Shown: positions 8,475 to 18,271, numbered from the stretch's first letter. The stretch: DNA of 64,000 bases from Acidobacteriota bacterium (GCA_019347945.1 JAHWKK010000001.1:67299-131298), one strand, 5' to 3'. The notes: generated by a model from the letters alone, not told the origin. A program made the numbers and translations.

Positions 8475-10376
8475 ATGGTGCGAGACATTCTGATCATTGC
8501 TGCCCGCGAGATTCGTGACAAGAAGATCCTCTTCCTCGGAGCTGCGCTCTGTGCGCTGATCGTTCTCGGAACGCCGCTGCTTCCCGGCGCTAGCGGAGAG
8601 AGTCCAACCGACGTGATGACCACGGCCGCGCTCACGCTCTTTCTGGTCGTGATGTTCGCGACGCCGGCGGCGCTCGGGTTCGGCATCATCGGGCGTGACC
8701 TCGAAGAGCATCGGATGGCGTTCTATCTGGCGCGACCGGTCAGCACCTCCTCAGTGTGGAGCGGAAAGACCCTGGGGGCTGTTTGCATCACCTTCGGGCA
8801 GGCGGCGATCATCGTTCTCATTCCCACACTGCTCGGCAAAGGTCTTCTCTCGTTTGGCAACTACGCTGCTACGGTCGGTTTCGAGAGCTTCCTGCTGAGC
8901 TCGTTTCTGAGCTCACCATTGAGAAACTCCATCCTTGCGTCTCTGCTGGTTCTCGCGCTTGCGCAGTTCTGGGCTCTCGGGTTGCGCTCGCGATCAGCAT
9001 GGCTTCTCCTCGACCTGGCGGTCTTCGCGACGGTCGCGACGATCTTCTGGATGAGCCTCCGGCCGTTCCTCCTCAACGGCGCGGAACCGGATGCAGTCCT
9101 CTTCACCTCGATCTCACTCGTCATGCTGGGAATCCTGTTGTTCGCCGGGAGCGCCGCAGGACTGCAGCTCGGGCGCAGCGACCTCCATCGAACCCATCGA
9201 TGGACCGGCATCGTCACCGCCGCTCTGTTGCTTGCAGGATTTCTCGCTCTCGGAATCCTCTCGCACCAGATTCGTTCGCTCGAGCCGAACGAGCTCGAGT
9301 ACACCTCACTCATCGCCGCTCCTAGAGAGGGGCCATGGATCGCACTCGAGGGGGCGAGAAACCGGGAGTGGAATTCCTACCGGGCGTCCTACCTGATCAA
9401 CACCCGGACCGGCAGGTCGGTGAACATCGGCAACAGTAACCCGTCAATCAGCCGTGATGGAACGATCGCCGCGATCTGGAAGCGGGAAACGCTCAATCCT
9501 CCAGTCGCACGGCTTCACTGGATCGATCTGAAAGAGCCAGACGAATTGAACCACACCGACGTTTCGATTCCTCTCGAGGCGAGGGATGATTGGAGATTCG
9601 TCCTGTGGCCGTCGCTTGCAATCTCTCCCGCCGGCGGGCGCGTGGCCTGGCTAGATCGAGGGACTGTTCAGGCCTGGGATCTTCGAAGCGCCACGAGTCT
9701 GTTCAGCGCGAGGCTTCCCGACGAGGATGCCAGACCCAGGGTGCTGTTCGATGGAGAAGACGATCTCTACGTCTTCAGCCGTCCGGCCGGAGACACCGAA
9801 GGCCAGTGGACGATCAGGAAAATCGACTTCGAAGAGAAGTCGTGGGCGATCACCGGGACAATGCCGGATGGTTGGTTTGGCCACGTCGAGGCGGGCGCTC
9901 CGCTACGCTTCACGAGGCGCCCCGCGGACGACGATATGGAAGGCCCGCGGGTCCATGAGCTTCGCGACATCGAGGATGGGTCCGTCATATCGAGCTTCAC
10001 CGCGAGGGGGCGATTTCTAAGCGATGGCCGTTTCGTGGAGATGAGTGGTGAGAGCGGAGCCGCGCTTCGGATTCTCAACCGGGAAGGCGAGCTCGAGAAA
10101 ACGATCGAGCTGCCGCCGGAGGGCACCCCCGTCGGCGCTGCTCAGGTCAGGAGCCAGATGCTCACCGTCCGGCTCGTCCCGGGCCGTGATTACCGCAACG
10201 GAAAGGACTACCTGGTCGATCTGGAGACATCGAAGGTCCGTCAGATAGATTCCGCTTTGCATGTCGTGCATCCGGCGTCCGAATCGGAAAAAGACATCAT
10301 TGTCAGCGACGGGCGGAGCCTCTTTCTCCTCGACCTCGAGACAATGAAGACCGAGCGGATCGCCGGCAGGGGCTGA
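8475..10376 (+). CDS. Second permease-propeller fusion, paralog of the upstream gene
   Basis: FYLARPVS..SVWSGK, LRSRSAWLLLD, LAISPAGGRVAW; same architecture as 6615..8465. Confidence 0.75.
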   Translation: MVRDILIIAAREIRDKKILFLGAALCALIVLGTPLLPGASGESPTDVMTTAALTLFLVVMFATPAALGFGIIGRDLEEHRMAFYLARPVSTSSVWSGKTLGAVCITFGQAAIIVLIPTLLGKGLLSFGNYAATVGFESFLLSSFLSSPLRNSILASLLVLALAQFWALGLRSRSAWLLLDLAVFATVATIFWMSLRPFLLNGAEPDAVLFTSISLVMLGILLFAGSAAGLQLGRSDLHRTHRWTGIVTAALLLAGFLALGILSHQIRSLEPNELEYTSLIAAPREGPWIALEGARNREWNSYRASYLINTRTGRSVNIGNSNPSISRDGTIAAIWKRETLNPPVARLHWIDLKEPDELNHTDVSIPLEARDDWRFVLWPSLAISPAGGRVAWLDRGTVQAWDLRSATSLFSARLPDEDARPRVLFDGEDDLYVFSRPAGDTEGQWTIRKIDFEEKSWAITGTMPDGWFGHVEAGAPLRFTRRPADDDMEGPRVHELRDIEDGSVISSFTARGRFLSDGRFVEMSGESGAALRILNREGELEKTIELPPEGTPVGAAQVRSQMLTVRLVPGRDYRNGKDYLVDLETSKVRQIDSALHVVHPASESEKDIIVSDGRSLFLLDLETMKTERIAGRG

Positions 10377-10437
10377 GAGAGGGCGCACGAAGGAGATTTC
10401 GGGGCAGGCAGGGGAAGCCTTCATCGCAGTCGCCGAG

Positions 10438-10468
10438 AAAAAAGCCCCGGGTTTGCACCCGGGGCTCT
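10438..10468 (-). terminator. Rho-independent terminator of the subtilase gene
   Basis: Minus strand AGCCCCGGG-TGCAAA-CCCGGGGCT followed by a T run. Confidence 0.85.
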
Positions 10469-10491
10469 CAAGCGACGTCCTTGAAAGAGAA

Positions 10492-12189
10492 TCAGAAGGT
10501 CACTGTGACGCTGTTCGAGCAGGTCGAGGTTCCTGCTTCACAGATCTGGTACGTCAGCGAGCCGCCTCCGACGAAGTTGGTCGCATCGGTGTACGCTCCG
10601 TCGTTCGCCGTCGTCGCAATCACCGATCCGTCGCGGTACACGTCCACATTCGTGGAGCTCGCTCCGCTCCAGCTCAGATCAGTATGCCAGCGGCCTTTCA
10701 CCTTGTATCCGGTGGCCGAGAGCGAGATGCCGTCGGTCGAGCAGCCTTCGTCGACCGAACCGTCGCAGTCGTTGTCGATGCCGTCGCCACAGACCTCGGT
10801 CTCGCCAGGGTTCACGCCCGCGTTGCTGTCGTCGCAGTCGCCATCCTCGGCGCACCATCCGTCACCGTCGGCGTCCGTGCAGGTCGAGCAGCCTTCGTCG
10901 ACCGAACCGTCGCAATCATTGTCGATGTTGTCGCCGCAAACTTCCGACGCGCCTGGATTGACGCTCGCATCATTGTCGTCGCAATCATCGCTGGCGCAGT
11001 AGCCGTCACCATCCGCATCCGTGCAACCGCTTCCGCCGTCGAAGAGGGTGTACAAAAGGTGGTTGTTGGTCGTGCTGGACGAAGTGACGATGTTCTTAGT
11101 GGTCGCGTTGTAGAGCGCATCGCGAACCGTCTGCGGAGAGGCGCCGGAATTCGCGTCGAGATAAAGCGCCGCAGCTCCCGCCACATGCGGAGCGGCCATC
11201 GAGGTTCCACTGATCGTGTTCGTGTCGCTGTCGCTGTCGATCCAGGCCGATGTGATGCTCACACCAGGCGCGAAGAAATCGACGCAGTCGCCATAGTTCG
11301 CCCAGGAGGCTTTCTTATCGGAGCTGTCTGTGGCGCTGATCGTCATCGCTTCCGGAACGCGGGCTGGCGAGTAGTTGCATGCGTCCTGCTGGATCCCGAG
11401 GAAGTTGCCGTTTCCGGCCGCGATGGCGTAACTCACGCCCGCCGCGATCGAGTTGCTCACCGCGCTGTCGAGCGAGTCGGACGCGCCGCCGCCGAGACTC
11501 ATGTTCGCCACGGCCGGCTTGATGTGATTCGCGGTCACCCAGTCGACTCCCGCGATGACGCCCGAGACCGTGCCGCTTCCCTGGCAGTCGAGAACGCGAA
11601 CGGCGATCAGCTTCACGCTTTTCGCCACGCCCCAGGTCGATCCACCGACGGTTCCGGCCACGTGCGTACCATGACCGTTGCAGTCATCGGCCGTTCCGCC
11701 GTCAATCGCGTCGAAACCGCTGACGGCCCGGCCCCCGAAGTCATTGTGCGTGGTACGGATTCCGGTGTCGATGATGTAAGCATTCACCCCGGAGCCGGTG
11801 TGATTGTAGGTATAGCTGCCGTCGAGCGGGAGGTTTCGCTGATCCACACGGTCCAGCCCCCAGGTCGCATTCGACTGGGTCGCGACGACGCGAACCATCG
11901 AGTCCTGTTCCACGTATGCGACTCGAGGATCGGCAGCCATTTTCTCCGCCATCTCTGCGGACAGGCGTATCGAAAAACCCTTGATCGCCGATGAGTAAAT
12001 ATAGCCGATCGTTCCGGCGTGGGTGGAAGCCAGCGCTCTGGCCTCGGCTGCCGGATTCGCGACGTCGTCGTTGAACACGACGATGTACTGGCCCGGAATT
12101 GGATTTTCTGTCTGCCGGACGTCCGGACTACCGAGTACCGAGAACGCCATCAGACAACATATTGCCGCTACAAACAGGTTTCGCTTCAT
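10492..12189 (-). CDS. Secreted S8 subtilase (aqualysin/proteinase K-like) with I9 prodomain and two MopE-like Cys/Asp repeats
   Basis: Catalytic IIDTG, NGHGTHVAG, GTSMAAPHVAG; signal peptide; DADGDG..DCDD...NPG..EVCGD.IDNDCDG.VDEG twice. Confidence 0.95.
   Translation of the reverse strand: MKRNLFVAAICCLMAFSVLGSPDVRQTENPIPGQYIVVFNDDVANPAAEARALASTHAGTIGYIYSSAIKGFSIRLSAEMAEKMAADPRVAYVEQDSMVRVVATQSNATWGLDRVDQRNLPLDGSYTYNHTGSGVNAYIIDTGIRTTHNDFGGRAVSGFDAIDGGTADDCNGHGTHVAGTVGGSTWGVAKSVKLIAVRVLDCQGSGTVSGVIAGVDWVTANHIKPAVANMSLGGGASDSLDSAVSNSIAAGVSYAIAAGNGNFLGIQQDACNYSPARVPEAMTISATDSSDKKASWANYGDCVDFFAPGVSITSAWIDSDSDTNTISGTSMAAPHVAGAAALYLDANSGASPQTVRDALYNATTKNIVTSSSTTNNHLLYTLFDGGSGCTDADGDGYCASDDCDDNDASVNPGASEVCGDNIDNDCDGSVDEGCSTCTDADGDGWCAEDGDCDDSNAGVNPGETEVCGDGIDNDCDGSVDEGCSTDGISLSATGYKVKGRWHTDLSWSGASSTNVDVYRDGSVIATTANDGAYTDATNFVGGGSLTYQICEAGTSTCSNSVTVTF
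10736..11024 (-). repeat. Intragenic tandem duplication (about 147-nt unit, 2 copies) encoding metal-binding repeats
   Basis: gtcgagcagccttcgtcgaccgaaccgtcgca recurs at about 10736 and 10883. Confidence 0.8.
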
Positions 12190-12402
12190 CCAGAGAGCTC
12201 CTATGTGAAAGGGGAAAGAATGCCGCGCCGTGCCGGACGTGACGGTTTCCTGACGCCTGTTACAAAACTGCCAACGGCGGGGAATCTACCACATCCAGCC
12301 GCTCAACAAAAACGGTGGCAAGGACGGGGATTTTCCGAGAAAATTGCCCTCTCGGTGGGAGCCGATTGGTGCGGACCGCTTGAAAATGGAAAGTTGGCTA
12401 TC

Positions 12403-13440
12403 CTACCGGTAGCGCTCGAGAGCGAGGCCGATTTTGTCGAGAACCTGGCCGGGGGTGATGCGATTCATCCGTGCGCTCTTCTTTCTTCGCGAGATTTTCT
12501 CCCCCGTCGCGGGGTCGGCCCAAGCGTCGATCAGAAGGTCGTGAAACCGCCCGTAGGGTCCGCACCTTCTGGGATCGGAGTAGCCGTAGAGCCCGACCGT
12601 CGGACGGTTCAGGGCGACGGCAGCATGCAGCGGACCGGTATCGGGCGCGACCACCACTCTCGAGCCATGGAGTTTCCAGAGCATCTCCCGGACAGGCCGT
12701 TCGAGAGCAACGACCGGCTCGGAGGTCATTCGCGAAGCGATCTCTCCGGCGATCTCCCTTTCACGGGCCGACGGTCCTCCCAGCAGCATCGGCACGAGGC
12801 CGAACCGCCACCGAGCTTCGTCGGCCACCGCGGCGTAACCGGCGGCGTCCCAGTCCTTATCGGCCGACGATGAAGCCACGACGAGCGCGAGAACCGGCGC
12901 GCCGATGGCGGTGAAAAAGTCACGCTCTCTCTCCATCTCCTCCGCCGTGAAACGGAGGTTCCACTCCGGCTCGTACGATTCGAGCCCGAGATAGTCGAGA
13001 AAGTCGAGAAAGAGATCCTGGGCATGGCGGGGAGGTCCCGGTGGTAGGTGCCGATTGACGAACCACCAGTGCCCCTCCCGCGAGCGGTTCCAGTCGAATC
13101 CGAGCCGGATCCCGGCGTCGACGAGAAGAGAGACGAGGCTCGAGCGGAGGCTGACCTGAGGAACGAGAAGGAGGTCGAATTGGGGACTCGCGCGGAGCCG
13201 GTGGCGAATCTCGCGCCAGCCGGCGAGACCGCTGCCCGGCCTGAAGACGATGAACTCGTCGATCTCGGGTTGCTCTTTTGCGATCTCGTGCGGAACCGGC
13301 TCGAGGATCCAGCTCAGATGTGCGTCCGGATAGAGCCGGCGCAGACCATTGATCATCGAGATCGCATGAATTGTGTCGCCGAACGCTCCGAGACGAAGCA
13401 GGCAGATGCGCTCAGCGGGGATTCTCGGTGAAGTGATCAT
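12403..13440 (-). CDS. Glycosyltransferase family 9 (LPS heptosyltransferase-like)
   Basis: LLRLGAFGDTIH, KDW, VVAPDTGPLHAAVAL...VGLYG; start at MITSPRIP overlapping the kinase stop. Confidence 0.9.
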   Translation of the reverse strand: MITSPRIPAERICLLRLGAFGDTIHAISMINGLRRLYPDAHLSWILEPVPHEIAKEQPEIDEFIVFRPGSGLAGWREIRHRLRASPQFDLLLVPQVSLRSSLVSLLVDAGIRLGFDWNRSREGHWWFVNRHLPPGPPRHAQDLFLDFLDYLGLESYEPEWNLRFTAEEMERERDFFTAIGAPVLALVVASSSADKDWDAAGYAAVADEARWRFGLVPMLLGGPSAREREIAGEIASRMTSEPVVALERPVREMLWKLHGSRVVVAPDTGPLHAAVALNRPTVGLYGYSDPRRCGPYGRFHDLLIDAWADPATGEKISRRKKSARMNRITPGQVLDKIGLALERYR

Positions 13441-14197
13441 AGGCCTGCCTGACCCGCTCGACGACGGCATCGACGAACTGATGAGGCCGACCATGAATTC
13501 TTCCCTGCTTCCGGATCGACCGCTCGAGCCGTGAAAGATTGCGTCGCCGCGCGGCCTCGTCGAGGCCCTCCGGGTGCAGCTCGACCTTGTCGAGGTCGAG
13601 AATGTAGGAAGTTCCATCCTCGGAAAAGAAAATATTCATCATGTTCAGATCGCCGTGCTCGAATCTGCTCTGATGAAGATTTGCCGTCAGCCGGCCGATC
13701 TGCTCCGCCTTCGCTTCACAGTTCTGCGGAGGCTCCTCGCTCTCGAAGAAAAAATGATCCGCATCCTTTCCGAAAATTCTTTCGAAGCCGATCTCCGCGC
13801 GCACGAGCCCGTTCTGCCGGATCCAGCTGAGAAAGAGCAGCTCGGGAGTCGGGATCCCCTGCTCCGAGAGATACTCGACCGCTTCTTTGACGCAGTATGC
13901 ACGGCGGGCGCTGAGAAAACGGTCTTTCCAGAGCGTTGCGGTCGAGCCGCCGTGAAACAGCCGTTTCACCACCACCGGCCGTCCTCCGATCATGCCGGCC
14001 AGGACAGGATGCCTTCCTCGGATTTCCCCGACGTCGGCCTGTTCCTTCACGAGATCGTAGACCCATTCCCGGCTGTTGTAGGTCTCCACGAGCTCCTCTC
14101 TCAGCGACGGGACGCAGAAAAGGTGAAGATCGCTGTCGATGAGCGGAAGACGATGATCGCGAGGAACGATCACTTCCTCGAGGGGTTCCATCGCCAT
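13412..14197 (-). CDS. Kdo/LPS core kinase (KdkA/InaA-like); start 14197 or 14191
   Basis: VVKRLFHGG, GIPTPE, HGDLNMMNI, ILDLDK, NLSRLERS. Confidence 0.8.
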   Translation of the reverse strand: MAMEPLEEVIVPRDHRLPLIDSDLHLFCVPSLREELVETYNSREWVYDLVKEQADVGEIRGRHPVLAGMIGGRPVVVKRLFHGGSTATLWKDRFLSARRAYCVKEAVEYLSEQGIPTPELLFLSWIRQNGLVRAEIGFERIFGKDADHFFFESEEPPQNCEAKAEQIGRLTANLHQSRFEHGDLNMMNIFFSEDGTSYILDLDKVELHPEGLDEAARRRNLSRLERSIRKQGRIHGRPHQFVDAVVERVRQAYDHFTENPR

Positions 14198-14254
14198 GCA
14201 GTGTAACGGATGGCACGGGATGGAAGGAACGGCATTTCCCGAGTCCGGGCGTGG

Positions 14255-14629
14255 TCAGAGCTCGACGGCCAGCGACTTTTTCTCGCGCCACGCGGCGAGA
14301 AGCGCCGTTTCATGGCGAGCGATCGCGGGACCGTTGCCCGGAACCGTGAAGTCGAAGTCCAGATGATCTCGGAGAAACGTATCGATCGGGCCGAAGGTCT
14401 CGGCACTCGATCTCGGGCGAAGGCCCGCGGCTCGAGCTTTTTTCGTGCTCGCGTAGAAGAAACCCTTCTCGGTCTCCCTTCTCCACACCCAGAGCGGAAC
14501 ATCGACGAAGGAACGAATCCCGCGCTCGAAGAGAAACTCGGCCGTAGGACGTCGCGTCCCAATGACGCGATAGCTCGCGCCGGCGGCTGGCGGCTTCCAA
14601 CCCTGGCGGCGAACACTTCCTTGAAGCTT
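14255..14629 (-). pseudogene. C-terminal remnant resembling an NAD-dependent epimerase/isoflavone-reductase-like SDR
   Basis: Open frame without an upstream start: EFLFERGIRSFVDVPLWVW...GFFYASTKKARAAGLRPRSSAETF...RHETALLAAW; no Rossmann N-terminus present. Confidence 0.5.
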
Positions 14630-14655
14630 TCAGTGGCGCCGGAGGAGCGGGTCGT

Positions 14656-14985
14656 TCAGGCCGTCTCTCTGGACTCGAGGGGATATCCCTTTTCCACCCA
14701 GGCGTCGTATCCACCTCGCAATGCGTGCACGTTCGAGAATCCCTTGTCGATCATCTTTTGCGCCAGACTGGCGCTCGAGCCTTCGCCCGGTCACGTGCAG
14801 TAGGTGACGATCGGGCGGTCTTTCGGGAGCTCGTCGATGTGGTTCTCGAGCTCGTTCGCCGGAACTCTCACGGCTCCGGGAACCTTCTTCGTCGCTTTGC
14901 TCCAGGCCTCTGGATTTCTCGCGTCGACGAAGAGGGCGTCATCCAGGTTGCGGGCTTGTTCTGGCTCGATTCTCAACTCGCTCAC
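14656..14985 (-). CDS. Rhodanese-like protein, probable selenoprotein (U65, YCTUP), 109 aa
   Basis: The 64-aa ORF ends IVTYCT-TGA (14791-14793); the same frame continues PGEGSSASLAQKMIDKGFSNVHALRGGYDAWVEKGYPLESRETA*, completing the rhodanese fold. Confidence 0.88.
14760..14774 (-). promoter_or_regulatory. Putative bacterial SECIS element (rhodanese)
   Basis: GCGCCA-GUC-UGGCGC hairpin starting 16 nt 3' of the UGA, G in the apical loop. Confidence 0.7.
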
Positions 14986-15096
14986 TTCATCCTCGCTTTC
15001 GATCGGGTAAGAGCTTGTGCGTCCTGGCTCACTAACCGTTCGAGAATCGTGCCGCTTATCGCTCGATCACGCGCTTTCCGCCATCCCTTCACGAGC

Positions 15097-15828
15097 TCAG
15101 ACACCGAGGGATCGGAGAAGGTAGCCGATTGCATAGGCGAGCCCGGCCGCGATCGAGCCGATCGCGAGTGTCGAAAGACCGGTCCTCCACCAGGGATGAA
15201 TCGACCAACGGCTTCGGAGCGACCCGATTCCGAAGAAGACGGCGAGAGTCATTCCGACCGACCAGTCGAACGGCGAGGAGATCCCGAGGTACCACGGCAC
15301 GAGCGGAACGATTCCGCAGAGGATGAAGGCAAAAAACGTCGCCGTGGCCGCTCGCAGAGGTGATCGAACTTCGAGGGGGAGGCCGTACTCGTCGGTGAGC
15401 ATCGTATCGACCCACCGATCGTCATCGCCGGTGACGACGCTGACGGCTGATTCGAGATCTTCTCCCTCGAAACCCTTCGACGCGAAAATCTGCCGGACTT
15501 CCTCCCGCTCGCCATCGGGATCCACGCGGATGTGCCGGTACTCGATCTCCCTGATGTGCTCGATCTGCTGCAGCTCGGTCTGCGTGGCCGAGTAGTTCCC
15601 GGCAGCCATGGAAAAACCGTCTCCCACGAGATTGGCGACGCCCAGAATGAGGACCACACGAGCGGAGAGCTCCGCTCCGACGACGCCCGTCACGATCGCG
15701 AACGTCGTCACGGCGCCGTCGATCCCGCCGTAGACCCAGTCGCGAAGATAGCTGTGCGAGGGTCCCGACTCCAATCTTTCCCGGATGTCTTCGGGAGCAT
15801 GGGAGTGCTCGAGGTCTTCGGTGCTCAC
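15097..15828 (-). CDS. VIT1/CCC1 family iron/manganese transporter
   Basis: YLRDWVYGGIDGAVTTFAIV, ANLVGDGFSMAAGNY; GTG start 7 nt after TAAACT. Confidence 0.92.
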   Translation of the reverse strand: MSTEDLEHSHAPEDIRERLESGPSHSYLRDWVYGGIDGAVTTFAIVTGVVGAELSARVVLILGVANLVGDGFSMAAGNYSATQTELQQIEHIREIEYRHIRVDPDGEREEVRQIFASKGFEGEDLESAVSVVTGDDDRWVDTMLTDEYGLPLEVRSPLRAATATFFAFILCGIVPLVPWYLGISSPFDWSVGMTLAVFFGIGSLRSRWSIHPWWRTGLSTLAIGSIAAGLAYAIGYLLRSLGV

Positions 15829-15947
15829 AGCGCAGAGTTTAGCGTCAATGCGCACTCGGATTCGAGACCGTATCCGGCGAGTCGCGTGCGGGTGGGAACC
15901 GTCGCGCGTTGTCGAACATCGGTTCCATCTCTGGTAGGATCACTTCA

Positions 15948-16334
15948 ATGGCGAAAGAGAAGGCGAAGAAGAAAGCGAAGATCAAGTACGACTGCTCGAA
16001 GTGCCCGGCATACTGCTGCAGCTACGACCGGATCGAGGTGAGCGACTTCGACCTCGAGCGGCTCGCCGCATATTTCGGTATCCCGGTGAAAAAAGCGGAG
16101 AAGAAATTCACCAAGTGGTGGGACGACGATGAGCGAGTTCTTCGCCACCAGAAAGACCACATTTTCGATTCGGTCTGCAGATTTCTCGACAGCGACACCC
16201 GGCAGTGCACGATCTACGAGGCACGACCCGAGGTCTGCCGGGAGTACCCCGATGCGAAGATCTGCGGCTACTACGAGTTTCTGAGGTGGGAGCGGAAGTT
16301 TCAGGAGGATCCGGAGTTCATCCCGCTTTCCTGA
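15948..16334 (+). CDS. YkgJ/UPF0153 family Cys-cluster (Zn/Fe-S) protein
   Basis: CSKCPAYCC, CRFLD, CTIYEARPEVCREYP. Confidence 0.88.
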   Translation: MAKEKAKKKAKIKYDCSKCPAYCCSYDRIEVSDFDLERLAAYFGIPVKKAEKKFTKWWDDDERVLRHQKDHIFDSVCRFLDSDTRQCTIYEARPEVCREYPDAKICGYYEFLRWERKFQEDPEFIPLS

Positions 16335-16479
16335 CGTCGTCGGATACCATGTTTATTGATTGGAGCACCGGCGCGAACGCGTAGAGATGAGGAGTTCTGA
16401 TCGCAGCGGGCTTGCCTCGGATCACCCTACAAGAGCTGTGCTTGGTTGGGGTAGAAAGCCATTGCGAAAGAATGTTCAG

Positions 16480-17087
16480 ATGCCGTTAAAGCGGAACGAA
16501 GTCGAGTGATCGAAGCTGAATGCTGACGCGGTGCTGCCGTACGAGCTGCGGCTCGACGACTTCGTAATCGCGATGCAGGACGTGTGCGACTTTTTCTAAG
16601 ATGTGAATACCGGGGTTCTGGAAAAAGCGCTAGAGCGCTTTGATGACATGCTGCGGCCGCAGAACATGTCGGGCATATCTCGGACATGTTGACTGCAAGC
16701 ATGGCGAGCCACTCGCGGTCCCTGACCCAGAACCAGCAACACAACGGCCATCCGGATCTACTGGTCAAAGGTGTGTATCCGGGCAATGCGGCACGGGCGG
16801 GCTCAGAAGGAGTGGAGATCAAGACCACACGCAAAAAAGGCGGTGCCGTCGATACGCACGGAGCACGGGATCAGTGGATGTGCGTGTTCGTTTACGAAGT
16901 CGACAACAAAACTGAGCCGGCGCGTAATCGGGAACCGATGACCGTCACAGAGGCCTATCTTTGCCAGGTCTGTGTGGCGGACTTTCGAAAGAACCCACGT
17001 AGTGAGCTCGGTACAAGAACAGCAACCCTTCACAAGGAAGGCGTTGCTCGGCTTCGGGAGAACTGGATCTACATGCTGAACAGGTAG
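16480..17087 (+). pseudogene. Inactivated PD-(D/E)xK-type putative restriction endonuclease
   Basis: From ATG 16480: MPLKRNEVE*SKLNADAVLPYELRLDDFVIAMQDVCDFF*DVNTG...DDMLRPQNMSG, frameshift near 16678, then SDMLTAS...NGHPDLLV...GVEIKTT; TGA 16507, TAA 16597; converges on the methyltransferase. Confidence 0.7.
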
Positions 17088-18271
17088 CCGCTGTTCGCTC
17101 CGCCGTTCTTGTACTTGATGAGTTTCGGAATCGCTTTGACAGCGAGGTCGAAGTAGCGCGGATCCTTCTCGATGCCGATGCTGCGGTAGCCGACGGCTTC
17201 CGCCGCGGCAAGCGTTGATCCTGAGCCGGCGAACGTATCGAGGATGATGCCTTCGCCGAGCGGAAGCACACCACGAATGAGAGTCCGCAGGAACATCTGC
17301 GGCTTGAGGCTCGGATGCGGCGCCAAATCCTTCTCCTTCTTGTGGGTCGGCGATGACGGGATCACGTCGCCGAACGGCTTGTCAGGTGACGGCCTTCGAA
17401 ATCCTCCCGTCGACCACCTGCGCAGGTTGTCCTGCACGCGACCGTCGATAGGTTTCCGGAAGACGAGCCACGGCTCCCACATCGAGCGCGGCATGACCGA
17501 GACCCCGAAGAACTCGTCGTGAGCCGCCTTCGGGCGATCGCCGCCACGCATCGTCATCACGAGTCGCGCGATCTCTCCGCGCCGCTCGAGTCCCGCTCGT
17601 GCGAGAGCACCTGAGATGACGTAGGAGAGAAGCGGGTTGCTGGCGACTACCACGTTCGCGCCAGGCACGAGAACCGGCAGGAGCGCCTGGCCCCAATCGA
17701 AGAAGAACTTCCCGAGCTGCTCGACATCGTTCTCCGACAGTACCGTGAAGCGGGGGAGGGGAGAGCGCTTGCTGCCATCGAAACTAGGCGGGATCCGCCA
17801 AACACCACCCTTACCATTTCGCAGTTTCTCTTGTTGTGCCGGTTGGTACTCGATGAGCCCGTAAGGTGGATCCGTAACGACCGCGTGGATCGTGTTCGCC
17901 CGTTGCTCCGCGAGCCACTCGAAACAGTCCGTTTGGACGAGCGTGGACGATCGGAACTTGCTCGTCCGGAATTCCCCCCATGCAGGATCGGGATTGTCTC
18001 CATACTCTTCCGCGTGCTGATCCCCGATGGTGTAGATCCCGCGATCTTCGCGCTCGAACAGCTCCCCCAGGTTGAGCCGGAGATAGGATCGGATGCTCGA
18101 GGACGGGATGTCGCCGATGAGACCCTTGACTCCATCTTCGATCTCGGCGACAGATGCTCGCTTCTTAGAAGAGAGAACGGTTATGATCGCGTCCCGTATC
18201 TCGCCGGGCCGGCGACGCTGTTGCTTGGGTTTGCCCGGGGTCTTCTTCGACCGGCGGGATGAGGAGGGCAT
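17069..18271 (-). CDS. Beta-class amino (m6A/m4C) DNA methyltransferase with N-terminal winged-HTH-like extension
   Basis: Motif IV VTDPPY precedes HPSLKP and motif I LDTFAGSGST; the first ~80 aa (IRDAIITVL...SVAEIEDGV...SSIRSYLRLN...FEREDRGIY) look like a wHTH. Confidence 0.92.
   Translation of the reverse strand: MPSSSRRSKKTPGKPKQQRRRPGEIRDAIITVLSSKKRASVAEIEDGVKGLIGDIPSSSIRSYLRLNLGELFEREDRGIYTIGDQHAEEYGDNPDPAWGEFRTSKFRSSTLVQTDCFEWLAEQRANTIHAVVTDPPYGLIEYQPAQQEKLRNGKGGVWRIPPSFDGSKRSPLPRFTVLSENDVEQLGKFFFDWGQALLPVLVPGANVVVASNPLLSYVISGALARAGLERRGEIARLVMTMRGGDRPKAAHDEFFGVSVMPRSMWEPWLVFRKPIDGRVQDNLRRWSTGGFRRPSPDKPFGDVIPSSPTHKKEKDLAPHPSLKPQMFLRTLIRGVLPLGEGIILDTFAGSGSTLAAAEAVGYRSIGIEKDPRYFDLAVKAIPKLIKYKNGGANSGYLFSM

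Noticed and set aside
10453..11994. 513-aa + strand ORF, and other long shadow ORFs such as 873..2060, 18906..20894, 21578..22999, 29894..31471, 37217..38578, 51699..53048
   Set aside because: Antisense or alternate-frame shadows of well-supported genes; Arg/Pro-rich and motif-free, as expected at high GC
12190..12400. Riboswitch in the subtilase leader
   Set aside because: An extended -10 (TGGTAGATT) and SD are visible, but no aptamer consensus was recognised
16507..16509. In-frame TGA in the nuclease gene as a third Sec codon
   Set aside because: Not at a redox-Cys position, and followed by a TAA and a frameshift; simple gene decay explains it
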